64,000 nucleotides of DNA. Origin: Isoptericola halotolerans. Lineage in GTDB: Bacteria > Actinomycetota > Actinomycetes > Actinomycetales > Cellulomonadaceae. The DNA is taken from the NCBI RefSeq assembly GCF_013149785.1, contig NZ_JABEZU010000002.1:868001-932000 (forward strand), read 5' to 3'. Below are positions 58,254-64,000 of this stretch, piece after piece (position 1 is the stretch's first letter; the number at the start of each line of letters is the position of its first letter). The notes beneath the pieces were generated by a model. The model had not been told where the DNA came from. It searched no databases and saw only the letters and a program-made list of their open reading frames with translations. The translations under genes and the position numbers were made by a program.

Positions 58254-58259
58254 CGTCAC

Positions 58260-59780
58260 ATGGTCACAGAAGACCCCCCAGCACCGCTGCTGCAGATGCA
58301 AGGCATCGTGAAGACGTTCCCCGGCGCCCGAGCGCTCGACGGGGTGGACCTCGACGTCCTGCCCGGCGAGGTCCACTGCCTCCTCGGCCAGAACGGCGCC
58401 GGGAAGTCCACGCTCATCAAGGTCCTCGCCGGCGCCCACCAGCCGACCGACGGCACGATCCTCATGGACGGCGAGCCGATCGACATCCCCCACCCGGTGG
58501 CGGCGCTGGAGCACGGCGTCGCCACGATGTACCAGGAGCTCGACGTCGTCGACGGTCTCACCGTCGCCGAGAACATCTTCCTCGGTCACGAGCTGGCGAC
58601 CGGCGGGTTCACCAGGCGCCGCGAGCTCGTGCGCCGCACCCGCGAGATCCTCGCGCGCCTCGGCCACAGCGAGATCTCGCCGAACCGCGAGGTCAGCTCG
58701 CTGCCGGCCGCCGGCAAGCAGGTCGTCTCGATGGCGCGTGCCCTGTCGCACGACGCTCGCGTCATCGTCATGGACGAGCCGTCCGCCGTGCTGGACTCCG
58801 GCGAGGTCGACAACCTCTTCCGTGTGGTCGAGGAGCTGACCAACCAGGGCATCGCGATCATCTACATCTCGCACCGGCTCGAGGAGATCCGGCGCATCGG
58901 CGACCGGATCACCGTCCTCAAGGACGGCAAGACGGTGGGACGCAACCTCCGCGTCGCCGACACCCCCACCGACGAGCTCATCCGACTGATGACCGGTCGC
59001 GACGTCGAGTTCGTCTTCCCCGACAGCCCCGGCGTCGCCGAGGACGCTCCCGTCCTGCTCGACGTCGACGGGCTGGCTCTGGACGGGACGTTCCACGACG
59101 TCTCGTTCCGGGTGCGCTCGGGCGAGATCGTCGGGCTGGCAGGTCTGGTCGGCTCGGGGCGCTCGGAGATCATCGAGACGGTCTACGGCGCGCGGCGCGC
59201 CTCCCGGGGCACCGTCACCGTGTCGGGCAAGAAGCTCCGCCCGGGTGACGTGCCCGCCGCGGTGGACGCCGGGATCGGCCTCTGCCCGGAGGAGCGCAAG
59301 AGCCAGGGGCTCGTGCTGGACGAGCCGGTCTACCGCAACATCACGCTGTCCTCCTTCGCGAGCCTCGCCCGGGCCGGCTGGCTCGACGAGCCTGCTGAGA
59401 AGAAGGCCGCGACCGTGCAGATCGAGGCGCTCGACCTGCGGCCCCGCGACGCCGGACGCGCCGCACGCACCCTCTCGGGCGGGAACCAGCAGAAGGCGTT
59501 GCTCGCCCGCTGGCTGGTGCACGGCTGCGAGGTGCTCCTCCTCGACGAGCCCACCCGCGGCGTCGACGTCGGAGCCCGGTCGGAGATCTACGCGCTGATC
59601 CGCCGCCTCGCGGACGCCGGGAACGCCGTCGTCGTGATCTCCAGCGAGATCCCCGAGGTCCTCGGGCTGGCCGACAACGTCCTGGTCGTCTCCGACGGCG
59701 AGGTCGTCCACCGGTGCCCGGCGAAAGACATCAACGAGCACGGTGTGCTCGACCTCGTCATGGAAGGAAGTGTCGCGTGA
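58260..59780 (+). CDS. Sugar ABC transporter ATP-binding protein (RbsA/MglA type)
   Basis: GQNGAGKSTL, MDEPSA, YISHRL, LSGGNQQK, DEPTRGVDVG. Confidence 0.95.
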   Translation: MVTEDPPAPLLQMQGIVKTFPGARALDGVDLDVLPGEVHCLLGQNGAGKSTLIKVLAGAHQPTDGTILMDGEPIDIPHPVAALEHGVATMYQELDVVDGLTVAENIFLGHELATGGFTRRRELVRRTREILARLGHSEISPNREVSSLPAAGKQVVSMARALSHDARVIVMDEPSAVLDSGEVDNLFRVVEELTNQGIAIIYISHRLEEIRRIGDRITVLKDGKTVGRNLRVADTPTDELIRLMTGRDVEFVFPDSPGVAEDAPVLLDVDGLALDGTFHDVSFRVRSGEIVGLAGLVGSGRSEIIETVYGARRASRGTVTVSGKKLRPGDVPAAVDAGIGLCPEERKSQGLVLDEPVYRNITLSSFASLARAGWLDEPAEKKAATVQIEALDLRPRDAGRAARTLSGGNQQKALLARWLVHGCEVLLLDEPTRGVDVGARSEIYALIRRLADAGNAVVVISSEIPEVLGLADNVLVVSDGEVVHRCPAKDINEHGVLDLVMEGSVA

Positions 59781-60790
59781 ACACCCAGACATCAGCACCA
59801 CCGGCCGAGGAGCACGCCTCCCGGTCGTCGTGGCTGCGCGGCTCCGCCGGGCGCAATCTCGGGCTGGTCCTGGCGCTGGCGCTCATCTGCGTGGTCGGTG
59901 TGATCACCGGCGGCGAGCGCTTCGCCGACTGGGGGAACATCCTGACCATCCTGCGGCTCGCCGCCGTGCTGGGCGTGGTGTCCATCGGGATGACCTTCGT
60001 CATCACCTCGGGCGGCATCGACCTGTCGGTCGGTTCCGTCCTGGGGCTCGCGACGGTCTGGGCGACGACGCTCGCCACCCAGACGATGGCCGACAGCTTC
60101 CACTGGATCGTCATCGTCTTCACCGCCCTCGCGGTCGGCACCGCGGCCGGCCTGATCAACGGGGCGATCATTGCCTACGGCAAGGTCGTGGCGTTCATCG
60201 CCACCCTGGCGATGATGGCCGGCGCTCGCGGTCTGGCCGAGATCATCTCGGACCGGCAGACCCAGCGCGTCCAGTCCAACGAGTTCACGGCCTTCTTCCG
60301 GGCGGACTTCCTCGGCGTGCCCGTGCTCGTGTGGATGTTCGTCGTGGTGGCGATCGCCGGCTGGTTCCTGCTCAACCGCACGACCTTCGGCCGCCGCACC
60401 GTGGCCATCGGCGGCAACGCCGAGGCAGCCCGGCTGGCCGGCATCAAGGTCAAGCGTCACACGGTGTACATCTACGGTCTGGCCGGGCTCACCGCCGGCA
60501 TCGCCGCCGTCGGGATGCTGGGCCGGACCACGGCCGGCACGTCCACCAACGGGTTCCTCCTGGAGCTCGACGCCATCGCCGCCGTCGTCGTCGGGGGCAC
60601 CCTGCTCGCCGGTGGTCGCGGCACCATCTTCGGCACCGTCCTCGGCGTCCTCATCTTCACCACGCTCACGAACGTGTTCGTGATGAACAACATGTCGTCC
60701 TCGGCCCAGCTCGTGGCCAAGGGCCTCATCATCGTCGTCGCCGTGCTGCTCCAGCAGCGTTTCGCCAACAAGCCGTCGTCGACGACCTAG
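59777..60790 (+). CDS. Sugar ABC transporter permease (RbsC type)
   Basis: GGIDLSVGS, AFIATL, GGNAEAARLAGI, ELDAIAAVVVGGT. Confidence 0.95.
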   Translation: MNTQTSAPPAEEHASRSSWLRGSAGRNLGLVLALALICVVGVITGGERFADWGNILTILRLAAVLGVVSIGMTFVITSGGIDLSVGSVLGLATVWATTLATQTMADSFHWIVIVFTALAVGTAAGLINGAIIAYGKVVAFIATLAMMAGARGLAEIISDRQTQRVQSNEFTAFFRADFLGVPVLVWMFVVVAIAGWFLLNRTTFGRRTVAIGGNAEAARLAGIKVKRHTVYIYGLAGLTAGIAAVGMLGRTTAGTSTNGFLLELDAIAAVVVGGTLLAGGRGTIFGTVLGVLIFTTLTNVFVMNNMSSSAQLVAKGLIIVVAVLLQQRFANKPSSTT

Positions 60791-60839
60791 CCGCGACAAG
60801 CCTCTCCCATCAACACCGGATCGAATCGAGGAAGATTTC

Positions 60840-61910
60840 ATGTCCGCACGAATGACTCGAAACCACCGTCTGCTCGGCCTGACGGCCGCCGCAGCGACGA
60901 CTGCCCTCCTGCTGAGCGGTTGCGTCAGCAACGAGCCGCCCGAGGAGGAGAACGACTCCGACTCCATGAGCGCTGACGAGGGTGCGGCGGGCGGCACCGC
61001 GAACGACGAGCCCGGTGAGACCATCACCATCGGCTTCTCCGCCCCCGCCGCCGACCACGGCTGGATGGGTGCGATCACCCGCGCCGCGCTCGACGAGGCG
61101 GAGGGCTACGAGGACGTCGAGCTGCGGCAGGCCGAGGCCACCAACGACGTCAACATGCAGATCAGCCACATCGAGCAGTTCATCAACGAGGGCGTCGACG
61201 CCATCGTGCTGCTGCCCTTCGACGGCGACGCCCTGACCGAGATCGCCATCGAGGCGATGGAGGCGGGCATCCCGGTCGTCAACGTGGACCGCGAGTTCTC
61301 CAGCCCGTTCGCCGCCCGCGCCACGATCCTGGGCGACAACTACGGCATGGGTGTCTCGGCCGGCACCTACATCTGCGAGCAGCTCGGCGGCCAGTCGGAC
61401 GCCGTCGTCGCCGAGATCCAGGGCATCGCCAACCTGCCGTTGACGCAGGACCGTTCGGAGGGCTTCGCGGACGCGCTGAGCGACTGCGGCCTGTCGGTCT
61501 CCACGCAGGTCTCCGCCGACTTCACGATCCAGGGCGGCGAGACGGCGACGTCGAACCTCCTGCAGGCCGAGCCGGAGATCGACGCCATCTGGAACCACGA
61601 CGACGACCAGGGCGTCGGCGTGCTCGCCGCGATCGACAACGCCGGTCGCGACGAGTTCTTCATGGTCGGCGGCGCCGGCTCGCTCGACGTGATGGAGGAG
61701 ATCCAGTCGGGTGACTCGGTCCTGCAGGCCACGGTCATCTACCCGTCCACGCAGGCGGCCGACGGGATCAAGATGGCCCGCCTCATCGCCCAGTCCAAGA
61801 ACATGTCCGACCTCGCCTCGGCGGGCGTGCCGCGCACGACCCAGCTGTTCGCGCCCGTCGTGACGGCGGACAACGTCGACCAGTACCTGGAGATCGGCTT
61901 CCGGTCCTGA
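60840..61910 (+). CDS. Sugar ABC transporter substrate-binding lipoprotein
   Basis: Lipobox LSGC, PAADHGW, IPVVNVDR, GDNYGMG, WNHDDD. Confidence 0.92.
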   Translation: MSARMTRNHRLLGLTAAAATTALLLSGCVSNEPPEEENDSDSMSADEGAAGGTANDEPGETITIGFSAPAADHGWMGAITRAALDEAEGYEDVELRQAEATNDVNMQISHIEQFINEGVDAIVLLPFDGDALTEIAIEAMEAGIPVVNVDREFSSPFAARATILGDNYGMGVSAGTYICEQLGGQSDAVVAEIQGIANLPLTQDRSEGFADALSDCGLSVSTQVSADFTIQGGETATSNLLQAEPEIDAIWNHDDDQGVGVLAAIDNAGRDEFFMVGGAGSLDVMEEIQSGDSVLQATVIYPSTQAADGIKMARLIAQSKNMSDLASAGVPRTTQLFAPVVTADNVDQYLEIGFRS

Positions 61911-61928
61911 CGGACGCACACCTCGACC

Positions 61929-61956
61929 CGGCGGCGGGGCCCTGTCCCCGCCGCCG
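61929..61956 (+). terminator. Intercistronic hairpin after the binding-protein gene
   Basis: 11-bp stem CGGCGGCGGGG / CCCCGCCGCCG. Confidence 0.55.
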
Positions 61957-62012
61957 CGGCCCTGGCCGCCTCGCGGGCACGGGCCGTGCCCCACGAAGGA
62001 AGGACCACACAC

Positions 62013-63188
62013 ATGGGTGATGCAGCACGCGCCCGTCTCGGCGTCGGGATGGTCGGCTACTCGTTCATGGGCGCCGCGCACTCGCAGGCGTGGCGTACCG
62101 CACCCCGATTCTTCGACCTGCCGCTGCGCACGGAGATGACCGCCGTCGTCGGACGTGACAAGGAGCGGGTCACCGAAGCCGCCGAGCGGCTCGGGTGGGA
62201 GTCCACCGAGACCGACTGGCGACGACTGCTGGAGCGGGACGACATCGACCTCGTCGACATCTGCACGCCCGGCAACACGCACGCGGAGATCGCGATCGCG
62301 GCGCTCGACGCCGGCAAGCACGTGCTGTGCGAGAAGCCGCTGGCGAACAGCGTCGCCGAGGCCGAGCAGATGACGGCCGCCGCCGAACGGGCCGCCGCCC
62401 GGGGCGTGCGCTCCATGGTGGGCTTCACCTACCGGCGTGTCCCCGCGATCCAGCTGGCTCGCCAGCTCGTGGCGGAGGGCCGGATCGGCGAGGTCCGCCA
62501 CGTCCGGGCCCAGTACCTGCAGGACTGGCTCACCGACCCGGCCGCACCGCTGTCATGGAGGCTGGACAAGGCGAAGGCGGGATCGGGCGCACTGGGCGAC
62601 ATCGGTGCCCACGTCGTCGACCTGGCCCAGTTCGTGACCGACCAGTCGGTGGTGGGGGTCAACGGCACGCTCGAGACCTTCGTCACCGAGCGGCCGGTGG
62701 CGGCGTCGTCGAGCGGGCTCACCGGCGAGGCCGGCGAGGGCACGGGCCCGGTGACCGTCGACGACGCGGCGCTGTTCTTCGGCCGGCTGTCCGGTGGCGG
62801 GCTCGCGAGCTTCGAGGCCACCCGCTTCGCTGCGGGCCGCAAGAACGCGATCCGCCTCGAGATCAACGGATCCCGCGGTTCGGTGGCGTTCGACTTCGAG
62901 GACATGAACGTCCTGCACTACTTCGACGGCGACGAGCCGGGCGCGACGGCCGGCTTCCGCCGCATCGTGGTGACCGAGCCGGAGCACCCGTACGTCGCCG
63001 CCTGGTGGCCCCCGGGCCACGGGCTCGGGTACGAGCACGGGTTCACCCACCAGGTCGTCGACCTCGTGGAGGACCTCGCGGCAGGCAGGGCGCCGACGCC
63101 CTCGTTCGCCGACGGGCTGGCGGTCCAGCGCGTGCTCGACGCCGTCGAGCGGAGCTCGGACTCGGGCGGTGCCTGGACCGAGATCTGA
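62013..63188 (+). CDS. Gfo/Idh/MocA family oxidoreductase
   Basis: GMVGYSFMG.AHS, HVLCEKPLA, YLQDW, GALGDIGAH, WWPPGH.LGYEH.F. Confidence 0.92.
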   Translation: MGDAARARLGVGMVGYSFMGAAHSQAWRTAPRFFDLPLRTEMTAVVGRDKERVTEAAERLGWESTETDWRRLLERDDIDLVDICTPGNTHAEIAIAALDAGKHVLCEKPLANSVAEAEQMTAAAERAAARGVRSMVGFTYRRVPAIQLARQLVAEGRIGEVRHVRAQYLQDWLTDPAAPLSWRLDKAKAGSGALGDIGAHVVDLAQFVTDQSVVGVNGTLETFVTERPVAASSSGLTGEAGEGTGPVTVDDAALFFGRLSGGGLASFEATRFAAGRKNAIRLEINGSRGSVAFDFEDMNVLHYFDGDEPGATAGFRRIVVTEPEHPYVAAWWPPGHGLGYEHGFTHQVVDLVEDLAAGRAPTPSFADGLAVQRVLDAVERSSDSGGAWTEI

Positions 63189-63194
63189 CGGCAC

Positions 63195-63228
63195 CACCGG
63201 TGGCCGGCGACGACGCCGGCCACCGGTG
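63195..63228 (+). terminator. Hairpin after the oxidoreductase
   Basis: 15-bp stem CACCGGTGGCCGGCG / CGCCGGCCACCGGTG. Confidence 0.7.
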
Positions 63229-63383
63229 AGCCTCGCCCCGGCAGAGGAAGGAGGCACGACGACGCCCGTCCGCGGGCAGGACGACCGGCGACACCGTCGC
63301 CGTCAGGCAGACGAGAGCTCAGGGCCGAGCTCTCGCCACGCCTCGGAGCGCAGCACCACTGACCCACCACGAAGGAGATCTTG

Positions 63384-64000
63384 GTGATACACGTGCTCTC
63401 GCGCAGACCGCGCGCAGCGACTCGCCTCGTCGCGAGTGCCGCCGCCGCAGCGGTGTGCCTACCCCTGATGCTGGCGACGGCGGCGAGCGCCGCCGTCCCG
63501 GCTGCCGCAGACGAAGCCGTCGACGTCGACGTCGCGGCCGAGACCGACCCGTTCGACGTCCTCGTCTTCTCCAAGACGGCGGGATTCCGCCACGGCTCCA
63601 TCCCTGCCGGCATCGCCGCGATCGAGCAGCTGGGAGTGGAGAACGGTTTCTCGGTGGACTCCACCGAGGACGCCGGGGCGTTCACCGACGAGAACCTCGA
63701 GCAGTACGAGGCCGTCGTCTGGCTCTCCACCACCGGTGACGTGCTCAACGACGAGCAGCAGGAGGCGTTCGAGCGCTACATCGGCAACGGCGGCGGCTAC
63801 GCCGGCGTCCACGCCGCCTCCGACACCGAGTACGACTGGCCCTGGTACGGCGAGCTGGTCGGTGCGTACTTCGCCTCGCACCCGGCGAACCAGGACGCGA
63901 CGATCAAGGTCGAGGACTCCGTCCACCCCTCCACGGACCACCTGCCCGAGCGGTGGGAGAGGTACGACGAGTGGTACAACTTCCGCTCCAGCCCGCGGGA
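63384..64000 (+). CDS. Secreted ThuA-domain protein, 3'-truncated by window edge and absent from the ORF track
   Basis: AAGGAG RBS, signal peptide, VLVFSKTAGFRHGSI, WLSTTGDVL, GVHAASDTEYDWPWYG, RYDEWYNF; no stop before 64000. Confidence 0.88.
   Translation, partial: MIHVLSRRPRAATRLVASAAAAAVCLPLMLATAASAAVPAAADEAVDVDVAAETDPFDVLVFSKTAGFRHGSIPAGIAAIEQLGVENGFSVDSTEDAGAFTDENLEQYEAVVWLSTTGDVLNDEQQEAFERYIGNGGGYAGVHAASDTEYDWPWYGELVGAYFASHPANQDATIKVEDSVHPSTDHLPERWERYDEWYNFRSSPR

Overview
High-GC actinobacterial chromosome segment; gene content suggests a Micrococcales cellulomonad/promicromonosporad, which is inference only. A conserved backbone (etfB-etfA ... iscS-mnmA ... MetE-like ... ligA) is interrupted by accessory blocks: (1) two molybdenum-cofactor/molybdate-uptake clusters flanking an assimilatory nitrate/nitrite reduction cluster (narK-nasA-nasB, nirBD-cobA-nnaR) with candidate NnaR and GlnR boxes; (2) a defence island inside that cluster, namely a type I R-M system in the order hsdR-hsdS-[frameshifted GIY-YIG/DUF4357]-[HTH antitoxin]-[PIN toxin]-hsdM, followed by an orphan GH5-CBM2 mannanase; (3) an OmpR-type two-component system divergent from a LolA-like/ABC operon; (4) Tat-exported PhoX with PHO-like boxes; (5) a LacI-ThuA-Gfo/Idh/MocA unit; (6) a conservon (cvnABCD + P450) converging on a flavin monooxygenase; (7) a ROK-regulated sugar ABC/oxidoreductase/ThuA cluster running off the right end. 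The most unusual sequence-level observations are two related palindromic elements sitting in-frame inside moeA and a toxin-antitoxin pair translationally coupled to hsdM. No rRNA, tRNA, CRISPR array, transposase or integrase was recognised. Annotation is by eye from motifs; no searches were run.
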